From: Selaginella moellendorffii
Lineage: Eukaryota; Plantae; Lycopodiophyta
Length of the DNA stretch: 64,000 bases
NCBI RefSeq assembly: GCF_000143415.4
Contig: NW_003314311.1
Coordinates: forward strand, 1,124,769-1,188,768
Direction: 5' to 3'
This document shows, one piece after another, positions 22,637 to 36,000 of this stretch. Numbering within the stretch: the stretch's first letter is position 1; the number at the start of each line of letters is the position of its first letter. The position numbers and the translations under genes are program-made. The notes beneath the pieces were generated by a model that saw only the letters and a list, made by a program, of their open reading frames with translations, had not been told where the DNA came from and did not search any database.

Positions 22637-25600
22637 ATGTTTGAGGCTCATGTGAGTGATCGATCGCTAGTTTGGGGATTGGAGACATGGATTGCATTTG
22701 GCGGACTGGATTGAGCTCGCGATTTTCTCCATTTCTTGTTTCTGCAGGTCTTGTATCTTCTTCGCAGATACCTGGGCCAGTATGTGCGGGGTCTCTCAGC
22801 GGAGGCGCTCCAGATCAGTGTGTGGAAAGGTGAGAGCTAGATCTTTTGCTCGGGGGGTGTTGAAATTTTGGTGTTTTTTGGACAGGCGATGTAGTGCTCA
22901 AGGACTTGCAGCTCAAGGCTGAAGCACTGAATGCTCTGAGGCTTCCTCTCACTGTCAAAGCTGGATTCCTTGGGTCTGTCACGTTGAAGGCAAGGCATTG
23001 ATCAAGAAAAGTGTACCTTTGATTCTTATGCTTTCGTTTTTCTTAGATTCCTTGGAACAAGCTTGGAAGAGATCCGGTGATTGTACTTCTCGACCGGGTT
23101 TTTGTTTTGGCGGAGCCTGTTGAAGATGAACAGCTTTTCAAGGTAAGATTTGGTTTTTAGCTTCAAGCGTTACGGAAACTTTCGTGAAATGCGGTTGCAG
23201 AACGAGAACATGGAAGCCTGGCTTGACGCTAAGCGGAGCCAGATTGAGGTTAGTACATACTTGCCTGTCAAGTTTATTCTCAAACGCTTTTTGTGTCTTA
23301 AGGAGCTGGAGATGGCATTGCTTGATGCGAAGGCAGGAAGATCCGGTGATGATGCGGTATGTGCCGCAAAATGCTGTTTGAGGTTTCGTGTTAAATTTTC
23401 TGTTTTTTGCAGTCGCCGGAAAGTAAGTCCTGGTTAGGCTCGCTCGTTGCGACGATCATTGGCAATCTTAAAGTCTCCGTGACTAATCTTCATATTCGTT
23501 ACGAAGACACCCTCAGGTCGCGTTCATCTCTATCAAGTTAAATGCTGGTACTGATACTGGCTTCATTTTTCCGCAACCCCTCCCATCCATTTTGTTTTGG
23601 CGTTACTTTAGCCAAACTTGCCGCTGTGACCATCGACGAGAATGATGTAGAAACCTTCGTAACTAGCGGAGCTCTTGACAAGCTTCACAAGGTATTTTGA
23701 TCAATTTTGTAACGTGTACTTCAGTTTCTTTTTTCCTGCTTGCTGTGCAGTCGCTCCAGCTGGATAGTTTTTCTATCTACCATGACTCGGATACTGGGCC
23801 GTGGACCCTGGAGAAACGGTGGGATGAGATGACATCCAAAGAATGGAGCGAGGTTTGTGTTTTCTTCAATGAAAACAGCATTTTACATTATTATGGTTTC
23901 AGATGTTTGAACCGAGCATTAAAGGGAAAATACAACACAAGTACCTGCTTCATCCGGTTGCTGGCCTGATGAAGTATCACCGGTGTGGAAAGAGAGAGAA
24001 AAGGGATTCTAAAACACCTTTTCAGAAGGCTTCTCTCGTTTTGGATCAAGTGTCTATTGCTGTGTCTGAGGTTGGTTTCTCTAAATGCTACACTTGGGTT
24101 AACTTTCATTCTGTTTTAGGATCAATATCGGGATGGTATTCAACTGTTGGAGGGTGTTTCACGGTACAGGATACGAATGGAGTTCTCTCTCTTCAGACCT
24201 ATGATACCCGTGTTGGTAGATGCTAAGGCATGGTGGCGCTATGCTGGTCGTGCAGTAACGCAGCAGCAGAGAAAGTCAAGGTTCGTTTTGATATTTAACC
24301 GAGTATGCTAAAGCAAATTTTTGCAGGTGTAACTTCTCTTGGGAAAATCTGTCTCGAGCATCAGGATTACGAAAGAAATATGTGGATCTTTATGTTAGCG
24401 GGCTCCAGCAGGGCAAGTTTGACAATTTTGAAATAAGGCAAATCGACCGGGAGCTAGACGTAGAAGTTAATCTACTTTGGAGGTCGGTAGTTTGTGTATG
24501 CTTTCTGTTAGTTGATGGAGAAGTGGTGGCTGCAGAATGCTTGCCCATGCAAAAGTTGAGACGGCAAAGTTAAAAGAGGCAGCCGCGGCCCGGGAAAAGT
24601 CCAGGAAAAGCACCTGGTGGCCATTTGGCGGGTATTGTGGCATATGTTTTCATTTGTTTTACATTAATCGCTTGCTATGCAGGAGCGGCGCTGGTCCAAG
24701 GGCCTCAGTTGCCCAAGGCCCTGAAACGGAAGCGGCCCCAGCGCAACTTACAAAGGAAGAATGGAATAAGATTAACGAGCTTCTAAGCTATCAACCGGGG
24801 CAAGACTATCCGCTGCTTTCTACTCAAGAGCCACAGAACATGCTGCAAACAATGCTCGACGTGACCATAAAACAGAGCTTGGCGTGCATAAAAGACAGCA
24901 CCGATTTGGTCATATTATGTGGGACTTTCTCCAATTTAAACGTTTCTCTCAAGCTGTTCCCGAAAACGTTCTTCTGCGACACTAAGTTGACGTACTATGG
25001 CCTTTCATCTCCAGAGGGGCCTCTCGTTTCGGTAAGCTGAATGGAATTTGCATGTCTTAAGATGATAATATCTGTCTGGTTTGACAGAGCGTGAGTAGAG
25101 AGGGAAGAGCACAAGCGTTGGATTTGACGTTTGTGTATGTTCCTTTCGAAGAACATTTGGATTGGAAGCTGTCTGTCGCGATGTCATCATGCTATGTGAC
25201 GGTAACGTTTTGTGTTGAAAGAGTTCATCCCAGCTTACATAATGCGTGCAGGTTTGGAGATCCAGTTTTGACAGGGTCATGCACTTTATGAAATCTGGCC
25301 AAGCTATGAGCCCGACAGTGGCTTTGGAAACTGCTGTCGCTTTGCAGGTATGAGGCTCCGTAGCAAAAATATATGTTACTCATTTCACAGTGCATGCATG
25401 CCAGACAAAGCTAGAAGAGGTAACGAGGCGTGCTCAAGAACGGATACTATCTCAACTAGAGAAACAGAGAAGGTATTCAAAAGTTTATGCTACTCTTTTT
25501 GGCTTGACTTTTTCTTGCATGCAGGTTCTCTATAGATATTGATCTTGACGCTCCAAAAGTCTTAATTCCTGCACTCAAAGATGAAGGAATTGGAAAGAAA

Positions 25601-26277
25601 AGCCAATTGTTGGTAGACTTGGGACATTTTAATCTTCGAACACTGGTACGTGCATAAGATGCATCTAAAACTTACAACATCCTTCTTCAGGGGAATGACG
25701 ACGTTGAGTTCCTGAAACGAAGTCGCTACACTAAACTTCATGTATCTGGACGGGATATATCGGCTTTTCTTTGTTGATGGTGATTTCGAATGGGCTCACT
25801 TTCCTGCGCTGGCCACAGATGCTTGTGACAACGCATATTTAATCTTTCCTGTACTTGACCGTTGTGGGATGTCGATTATGCTACATATGGTGATGCTAGT
25901 TACGACATAGTTTGTGGCTATTGACTTTATGTTCCAGGCTCAATATGAAGATTTGAATTGGCCTTCAACATGCGTTGCAATTGAAGTTCCTCGCCTTGGT
26001 ATCCATTTTTCTCCTACAAGATACCTTAGGCTGCTCTATCTTCTGCACGCTCTGGAGTCGGCTGACCGGTCCAGCTCCCAGCCGAACGCTTTATCTTGGC
26101 AACCATCAGAGGCAGCTGGAGATGCACGAGTGCTTAAATTGTTACTTTCCTCGCCCATCAGCGTCTAAGCATCACTCATTCTGCAGGGAATTGGTAATAT
26201 TACTGCAGAATGGCAGCCTTGTTGGATTGCATTGGCAGGGCCATACCTGTACGTTCTAGAGGCATAAGACTCAAAGA
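22637..26277 (+). pseudogene. 3'-truncated VPS13 duplicate (copy B)
   Basis: Same lesions and same breakpoint as 6465-10105. Confidence 0.9.
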
Positions 26278-28499
26278 ACAGCCCACATCAATGCATAAGC
26301 TCTCCTCAAAGGACAGGAGGAAAGCCTCCTCTACCCTGGAAATCCCAAGCTTTTTTGGAGAATATCACACTCTAGAGTCTCTACTGCAATGAAAGGCCCA
26401 TGACATATTTGAAACTCTCGCTTAAGCATCTTGCATTGGAGATTTCCCTTGTGGCCAGAGATGAGTGCAGTGATGTTGTGAGGTTTATTTATGATGCACT
26501 TGCACTGGACACACTTCTTCCAGTAAAATCTGAACCACATGACGTACTCTAGTCTAGATTCACATGCTTCTTGTCGAAAAATGAACAAGGTTATGAGTAA
26601 GTGATTTGCTAGTCATTATTGATCAAAGTGATTTTGAAAAAATGCTTTGAATGTGGAGTAGTTAACTATGTTTGCCTCCAAAAGAGTTTTTTTCCATGTT
26701 ACTTGGCCAATGAGTGATTGCAAAAAGTTGTAAAGCTTGTAATCATCCTTGCCAATGCTATTTGATGGACAATATTGTTCAAAGTGAGTGATATATGTTT
26801 TGGCAAAGATGTCACCATTGCTAAATAAGTATGGCAAGTTAATGCCTTGCTATAAAATATGGATGTGCATGGGGAGAACCATCAATGGTAGACTCTTTCA
26901 CTTAGTATCTATGGTAAACAATGCTTCTTTCTTGCTAGAAAGAGCATTTTGGTAATCTAGCTTGCATAGAAGGTGTGAAAACATCCCTATATCCTATGCA
27001 TTATATGAAAGATTACTAGCTGCCATCTCTGGCTTAAACAAGTTTGAACTAGCATAAAGTGTCTAATATGTAGTAAATGCATTAAAGAATTTTAATTTGT
27101 GTGAGAATAAAATGTCCAAAATGGGATAGTTCCAAATAAATAAGCAAACTACTGTGGATTTCCCCTAACCAAGATTGTTGTCCTTTTGCAAATCTCAATT
27201 CCTCATAAAGAAAAGAGAAATTTAGCTATAAAATTGAAGAAAGATATGAAAGATATCATGAAAGAATATAGATATAGGATATCACCTAAAAACAATGGAA
27301 AAAAAAACAAAGAAAACAAGCTATAACACTCAAAATGTCTCAAAGTGAATATAATTTGATAGAAATCTCTCAAACTCTGGCTACAAAATTTGATATAGAC
27401 TCATTAAAAAAACTTATATTTAAATAAAGAGAATGAGATTAAAAAGATGGAGCTAAAACACCAAAATGCCTATAGAAAACTGATTTAAACATTAAATTTA
27501 TAACTCATATAATTATGGGATAAGATTTGGATATATTATTATTATGAATCTTTGGAACCTTGAGGATCCATTTAGACACTTTCCCCATCTCAACACACAC
27601 ATTTTGAGTCTTCAAGTGATAAATATGTTAAAGGCTATATTATCAAATAATTTCCCCTTTTTTAATTGGTTGGTGAAATTTTTTTTGCTACCTTGGAGTT
27701 AGAAAATATATGGTGCTTGCTTCACTTAGATTAGGATCAACTTATTGTAGTTAGTGATGAAGCACAAGTGAAAGATCATGAGAGGGAGACAAGTGGGAGA
27801 TTATTTCAAGTTTGATGATTTACAAATGAAAAAAGTCTATATTAATGGGAATAATAGTATATAGATCCTTGAATTAAATTTATTTTTATTAAATAATTGC
27901 CTTTTCTCCAGTAGACTTAAATAAAATATGTTACATTTGGTTAGCATGTGTTGAAAGGGGCACAAGGAAACAGAAGGGGCACAACATTCATACATAGGAG
28001 AAAAAATATTTAAAAAAAGAGGGGCACATAGGAGAAATATAAAGTGGAAAAAAATATTAAAAAAAAGAGATAAAAAGAGAGGAAGAAGTTACCAAGAAGA
28101 GAGAAAAAATATTAAAAAAAGAGGAGGAAGACTTTTAAAGAGGATAAAAAATATTAAAAACGAAGGAGAGAGGAAAAGGCCTATGGCAGAGGAGACAAGA
28201 AAACATAGTAGAGTGGGGAAATATAATATAGTTGAGAGCTTAATACGTGCTAGCTATGCCCACCGTTAGATCTTGATATGTCTAATCCAACAGAGGAGAG
28301 GACAGAGGAGAAAAATTGTATAAATAAACTCCTATGGCAAGCGAGACAAGAGTGGGAAAATATAATATAGTCGAGAGCTCAATACGTGTTAGCTGCACCC
28401 GCCGTTAAATCTCGTTATGTTTAATCCAACGGAGGAGAGGACAGAGGAGAAAAATTGTATAAATAGACTTCGTTTGCAAGGAGGTGGAAACTGATCAAA

Positions 28500-29543
28500 A
28501 TGCAGCGATCCAAACTCCAGGCTCCAGTCGCCTCTGCGGCATTACTGCTGGTGCTAGCACTGCTGCGGCGCTATGCATTTCGCCAGGGATCACCAACAAT
28601 GTCATCGGAGCTCTCAACTTCTTTCTATGCCAGCACTTGTCCCGATCTCCCTCAGATCGTGAGAAGTGTGATTCACTCTGAATTTTCCAACGACAGTCGA
28701 TCTGCTGCGTCGATCCTCAAGCTCCACTTCCGAGATTGCTTCTCTCGAGTAAGTCAGAAATTAAAATAGCGTTACTCATTTATGGCTGCCAGGGCTGCGA
28801 CGGATCGCTGCTCCTCCAGCGAGGAGATGGGCGCTCCGCCAAGGGACTCAAAATCATCAACAACGTCAAGCGCGCCGTGGAGACTTCATGCCCGGCAACA
28901 GTATCGTGCGCGGACATTCTTGCGCTGAGCGCCCGGGAATCCGTCATAGCCGTGAGTGAGAATCTCCATCGCGGCTTGAGTTGATCATTCTCTTTCGACT
29001 TTGCAGCTGGGCGGCCCTTCATGGACAGTAGAATTTGGCCGACGGGACAGTCCTGCGACCGTCGCCGCCGCAATGGAGGCCATTCCCAGCCCAAACCTCA
29101 CTGCAACGCAGCTCATCGAGAGCTTCCAAAGGCGGGGTCTTTCCAAGCGTGATCTCGTAGCGCTTTCAGGAGGCCACTCCATCGGCCAGGCCCAGTGCTC
29201 TGCATTTAGCGCACGCCTCTTCAATGGAACCCCAGGAGATAGCATCGATCGGGCCTTCAAATCTCGACTCGAGAAGAATTGCCCTCCAACAGCCCCAGAC
29301 AGATTGACCAATTTGGATCCATCCCCCACCACCTTCGACAACTTGTACTTTCGAGCTCTCCTGGCCAATCAGTCGCTCCTCTTTTCAGACCAGCAGCTCT
29401 TGCAGAGTGATCTGGTGGGCTTTGTCAAGGAGTTTGCGGCCAATCAGCAGACGTTCTTTACCGCGTTCGCCGCTGGCATGATCAAAATGGGCAAGCTCTC
29501 GCCAATCACAGGAGGGCATGGTGAAATTCGATCCTCGTGCTAG
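28500..29543 (+). CDS. Class III peroxidase-like protein, copy C (exons 28500-28748, 28793-28951, 29007-29543; 314 aa)
   Basis: Intact spliced frame; all class III framework motifs but distal motif reads KLHFRD instead of RLHFHD. Confidence 0.9.
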
Positions 29544-29879
29544 TTTTTTTCCTATACATGTAAATCTATTCCTCACATAAAAATATACACCACAGCCTTG
29601 ACTAGAGAAAGGAATGTTGGCATATCCCGTAGCTTGATGATGGTGGTGGAAATTTTCTCGTCCTGCTAAATCACTCTGGTGAGAGATTCCATTCTTCCCA
29701 ATCAAGATCCCCCTTAAGCTCGGCCACTTGGCCAATGAGCCAAGATTTTCGCCGCGAGCCAGGGCACGTCATCGCAGCCGCATCGGCGAAATTTCAATTC
29801 CCACGGTTAGGAATCTTCAACTCCCTGCGAATAACGAAACCGAAGCTTTGACAATGGCGAAGAAAGAGGCTGCACTCTT

Positions 29880-29904
29880 AAACCCTAACGTTAATATATA
29901 TAAA
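29880..29904 (+). promoter_or_regulatory. Telo-box (AAACCCTAA) plus TATA-like tract upstream of VPS13
   Basis: About 150 nt upstream of the VPS13 ATG in a 504-nt intergenic region; repeated in both truncated copies. Confidence 0.5.
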
Positions 29905-30047
29905 CCTTAGGTTTTAGACGTATTGCCACGCAATGGCGAATATTCACTGACATATACTTGCTTGCTGTGGAGAAAATTTTGTGCTGCCTAGGGCTAGCTA
30001 GGCGCTGCGATCGGCAGGAGTGATGCGCTTGGGCGCTCGGTGTCGTC

Positions 30048-33000
30048 ATGTTTGAGGCTCATGTGAGTGATCGATCGCTAGTTTGGGGATTGGAGAGATG
30101 GATTGCATTGGCGGACTGGATTGAGCTCGCGATTTTCTCCATTTCTTGTTTCTGCAGGTCTTGTATCTTCTTCGCAGATACCTGGGCCAGTATGTGCGGG
30201 GTCTCTCAGCGGAGGCGCTCCAGATCAGTGTGTGGAAAGGTGAGAGCTAGATTTTTTGCTCGCGAGGTGTTGAAAGTTTGGTGTTTTTTGGACAGGCGAT
30301 GTAGTGCTCAAGGACTTGCAGCTCAAGGCTGAAGCACTGAATGCTCTGAGGCTTCCTCTCACTGTCAAAGCTGGATTCCTTGGGTCTGTCACGTTGAAGG
30401 CAAGGCATTGATCAAGAAAAGTGTACCTTTGATTCTTATGCTTTCGTTTTTCTTAGATTCCTTGGAACAAGCTTGGAAAAGATCCGGTGATTGTACTTCT
30501 CGACCGGGTTTTTGTTTTGGCGGAGCCTGTTGAAGATGAACAGCTTTTCAAGGTAAGATTTGGTTTTTAGCTTCAAGCGTTACGGAAACTTTCGTGAAAT
30601 GCGGTTGCAGAACGAGAACATGGAATCCTGGCTTGACGCTAAGCGGAGCCAGATTGAGGTTAGTACATACTTGCCTGTCAAGTTTATTCTCAAACGCTTT
30701 TTGTGTCTTAAGGAGCTGGAGATGGCATTGCTTGATGCGAAGGCAGGAAGATCCGGTGATGATGCGGTATGTGCCGCAAAATGCTGTTTGAGGTTTCGTG
30801 TTAAATTTTCTGTTTTTTGCAGTCGCCGGAAAGTAAGTCCTGGTTAGGCTCGCTCGTTGCGACGATCATTGGCAATCTTAAAGTCTCCGTGACTAATCTT
30901 CATATTCGTTACGAAGACACCCTCAGGTCGCGTTCATCTCTATCAAGCTAAATGCTGGTACTGATACTGGCTTCATTTTTCAGCAACCCCTCCCATCGAT
31001 TTTGTTTTGGCGTTACTTTAGCCAAACTTGCCGCTGTGACCATCGACGAGAATGATGTAGAAACCTTCGTAACTAGCGGAGCTCTTGACAAGCTTCACAA
31101 GGTATTTTGATCAATTTCGTAACGTGTACTTCAGTTTCTTTTTTCCTGCTTGCTGTGCAGTCGCTCCAGCTGGATAGTTTTTCTATCTACCATGACTCGG
31201 ATACTGGGCCGTGGACTCTGGAGAAACGGTGGGATGAGATGACATCCAAAGAATGGAGCGAGGTTTGTGTTTTCTTCAATGAAAACAGCATTTAAAATTA
31301 TTATGGTTTCAGATGTTTGAACCGAGTATTAAAGGGAAAATACAACACAAGTACCTGCTTCATCCGGTTGCTGGCCTGATGAAGTATCACCGGTGTGGAA
31401 AGAGAGAGAAAAGGGATTCTAAAACACCTTTTCAGAAGGCTTCTCTCGTTTTGGATCAAGTGTCTATTGCTGTGTCTGAGGTTGGTTTCTCTAAATGCTA
31501 CACTTGGGTTAACTTTCATTCTGTTTTAGGATCAATATCGGGATGGTATTCAACTGTTGGAGGGTGTTTCACGGTACAGGATACGAATGGAGTTCTCTCT
31601 CTTCAGACCTATGATACCCGTGTTGGTAGATGCTAAGGCATGGTGGCGCTATGCTGGTCGTGCAGTAACGCAGCAGCAGAGAAAGTCAAGGTTCGTTTTC
31701 ATTAATAACCGAGTATGCTAAAGCAAATGTTTGCAGGTGTAACTTCTCTTGGGAACATCTGTCTCGAGCATCAGGGTTACGAAAGAAATATGTGGATCTT
31801 TATGTTAGCGGGCTCCAGCAGGGCAAGTTTGACAATTTTGAAATAAGGCAAATCGACCGGGAGCTAGACGTAGAAGTTATTCTACTTTGGAGGTCGGTAG
31901 TTTGTTTATGCTTTCTGTTAGTTGATGGAGAAGTGGTGGCTGCAGAATGCTTGCCCATGCAAAAGTTGAGACGGCAAAGTTAAAAGAGGCAGCCGCGGCC
32001 CGCGAAAAGTCCAGGAAAAGCACCTGGTGGCCATTTGGCGGGTATTGTGGCATATGTTTTCGTTTGTTTTACATTAATCGCTTGCTATGCAGGAGCGGCG
32101 CTGGTCCAAGGGCCTCAGTTGCCCGAGGCCCTGAAACGGAAGCGGCCCCAGCGCAACTTACAAAGGAAGAATGGAATAAGATTAACGAGCTTCTAAGCTA
32201 TCAACCCGGCCAAGACTATCCGCTGCTTTCTACTCAAGAGCCACAGAACATGCTGCAAACAATGCTCGACGTGACCATAAAACAGAGCTTGGCGTGCATA
32301 AAAGACAGCACCGATTTGGTCATATTATGTGGGACTTTCTCCAATTTAAACGTTTCTCTCAAGCTGTTCCCGAAAACGTTCTTCTGCGACACTAAGTTGA
32401 CGTACTATGGCCTTTCATCTCCAGAGGGGCCTCTCGTTTCGGTAAGCTGAATGGAATTTGCATGTCTTAAGATGATAATATCTGTCTGGTTTGACAGAGC
32501 GTGAGTAGAGAGGGAAGAGCACAAGCGTTGGATTTGACGTTTGTGTATGTTCCTTTCGAAGAACATTTGGATTGGAAGCTGTCTGTCACGATGTCATCAT
32601 GCTATGTGACGGTAACGTTTTGTGTTGAAAGAGTTCATAACAGCTTACATAATGCGTGCAGGTTTGGAGATCCAGTTTTGACAGGGTCATGCACTTTATG
32701 AAATCTGGCCAAGCTATGAGCCCGGCAGTGGCTTTGGAAACTGCTGTTGCTTTGCAGGTATGAGGCTCCGTAGCAAAAATATATGTTACTCATTTCACAG
32801 TGCATGCATGCCAGACAAAGCTAGAAGAGGTAACGAGGCGTGCTCAAGAACAGATACTATCTCAACTAGAGAAACAGAGAAGGTATTCAAAAGTTTTTGC
32901 TACTCTTTTTGGCTTGACTTTTTCTTGCATGCAGGTTCTCTATAGATATTGATCTTGACGCTCCAAAAGTCTTAATTCCTGCACTCAAAGATGAAGGAAT

Positions 33001-36000
33001 TGGAAAGAAAAGCCAATTGTTGGTAGACTTGGGACATTTTAATCTTCGAACACTGGTACGTGCATAAGATGCATCTAAAACTTACAACATCCTTCTTCAG
33101 GGGAATGACGACGTTGAGTTTCCGAAACGAAGTCGCTACTCTAAACTTCATGTATCTGGACGGGATATATCGGCTTTCTTTGTTGATGGTGATTTCGAAT
33201 GGGCTCACTTTCCTGCGCTGGCCACAGATGCTGGTGACAACGCATATTCAATCTTTCCTGTACTTGACCGTTGTGGGATGTCGATTATGCTGCATATGGT
33301 GAAGCTAGTTACGACATAGTTTGTGGTTATTGACTTTATGTTCCAGGCTCAATATGAAGATTTGAATTGGCCTTCAACATGCATTGCAATTGAAGTTCCT
33401 CGCCTTGGTATCCATTTTTCTCCTGCAAGATACCGTAGGCTGCTCTATCTTCTGCACGCTCTGGAGTCGGCTGACCGGTCCAGCTCCCAGCCGAACGCTT
33501 TATCTTGGCAACCATCAGAGGCATCTGGAGATGCACGAGTGCTTCTGTGGGGGGTAAATTGTTACTTTCCTCGTTCATCAGCGTCTAAGCATCGCTCATT
33601 CTGCAGGGAATCGGTAATATTACTGCAGAATGGCAGCCTTGTTGGATTACATTGGCGGGGCCATACCTGTACGTTCTAGAGGCAGAAGACTCAAAGACAT
33701 ATCAACGTTATTGTAGGCAAGTAGTCGTGCGGTGTATAAAGTTCTTGTCTTAATCTTTTTTTGCGTTTTACAGCTTAAATGGCAAACAAATAGTTGAAAT
33801 ACCTCCCGAATATATTGATGGTTCAGAAAACGTGGTTGCGGTTTGTAACAGGGGTATTGATTTGCAGAAGGTATGCTTGTTTTAGAGATGGAATTCAAAC
33901 AGTTCATGTCTTGCTCTAGGTAATCGAATCTTCGAGCGCAGTTGTTCTCCAGTTGAAAAGTACAGAATCAAAGGCGTCTTGGTTTAAGTATCTTACACTT
34001 GCTACTTACCGTTCGTCCGTAAGTTTTTCATATCACTTTTACATGGTTTCATGAAGCTATTTAACTGTTCAGGCATCAGTTTCTCTTCTGTCTAATCCCG
34101 AAGAGACGAGTACAAAGGTGTTGGATTCTTCAAAACAACTCACTTTATTTGTTTCGGGCGCTCTAAAGGAGTTAAGCATCTCTGTTTCCGGAAAGGTATG
34201 GTTCCTCCTTTAGTTTTGTAGGTCTTAATGAACGTTTATAGATTGGTAAGCCGGGAAATGACGAGATTGTCATAGCAGAGCTCCAAGCATCAGGTGGTAA
34301 GGTGAGTTTGGCTCAACACAGGATTCTAGATATGTGAACTTAAAAACTGTTGCAGGTGAATTTGCTGCAGCGGCCGTACGACATGAAAATAGCAGTGAAG
34401 CTACATTCCTTAAAGATTGAGGACAAGCTCCAGGGATCAGTTTCTCAGTCCTGTCGGTATGTTGCTCGATCAGTTTTGTCCAAAACTTTTGTGGGAGCAG
34501 AAGAACCACAAGAACCAGAAGCACCGAAACCAGATGACGATGAACAGTTTAAAGACGCTCAGCCTGATTTTGGAGGATTTTCTGAAGAGGCCGTAAAGCT
34601 CGTTCTAAGCTGGCAGCCTGACCAGGCCAACTTCCTTGAGATATGGGGGAGCTTGGATCAGTTGTCCGAAAAAGCTGAAGGTTCAGAGGCATCTGATTTT
34701 GTCAAGGTGATACTTGTCCTGAGGGAAACAGAGTCTTCCGAATATGTTGATACTGATACGCAGGTATTCGTTTCTGTAGTTTTGTATGCTCTCCTTATCT
34801 AAAGTCTTCATGTTTTGCAGATGATTATGAAGATGGCCACCTTAGACTTTTTCTGTAATCGTCCAACAATAGTCGCGTTGATCGAGTTCGGAATGCAGCT
34901 CAGTGAAATTATGGAGGCAGAAGAGTCACCATCACAGGCTGCTCTTTCTCTGGAGGTGGAGCAAAGACAACTTGTTAAAGGATTACTAGGACGAGGAAAG
35001 TCCCGGGTTGTGTTTGGGCTCAAAATGGATATGGAGAGCACTCGCATTTTCTTGAATCTGGAAGACGGATCTCAACTTGCTATGTTGGCTCAAGAAAAGT
35101 TTCAAATGGACTTAAAGGTGCGTGCTTGATAAGCTTGGAGAGGCTTAATGTGTTGAATGCAGGTATATCCTGGTTCTTTCACCATCTCAGGAAATCTGGG
35201 AAACTTGCGGGTCTGTGACATGAAGCTTGGCCCTGAACACCGATGGGGCTGGCTTTGTGACATTCGAAATCCTGACTCCGGTTCACTTGTCGAGGTACTT
35301 TCTTCGGGCAGCTTGTCTGTCGTAAAATAACATTTCTTTTATAGATAGAGTTTCAATCCTTCAACAGAGACGATGACGACTTTGAAGGCTGTGACTATAG
35401 TTTGGTTGGAAAGTTTTCTGCGGTTCGAGTAGTTTTTCTTTACAGATTTATACAAGAGGTTTGTATCTTTGCTGCTAATATATTTTAGCTTGATGTTCTT
35501 ACTTTTTCCCATCTTCAGGTGGCTGCTTATTTCTATGCACTAGCCTCCCCTCAAACTCAACAGATAATCACAGTTTTCGACGCCGCTGGTGGTACTGAAA
35601 AGATCATGCAGCAAGCTGATATGGACGGAGCACCCGCTTTGAGGCTTAATTTATCGATGGATACACCGATCATTATTATGCCTCGCAGTTCCAGCAGCAA
35701 AGAGTCCGTATTTTTTCCGTTAATCTTGTTGTTTCTCTAACATTCTTGTCACCAGGTTTATGGAGGTTGATCTCGGCCATTTGAAGCTGTCAAACACATT
35801 TGAATGGCATGGAGGCTCGCGGGACGTAGTTTCTGCTGTCCATCTCGATGTTTTAGACGTGGATGTAAGCATGAGGAATTTTTTTCTTTTATATATCCTA
35901 TTCACTCCTCCTCATAGATTTCAGGAGTAAACATGGTGGTCGGAATTGATGGTAAAGCAGGGAAGCCCATGATACAAGAAGCTCAAGGTCTACATTTGAC

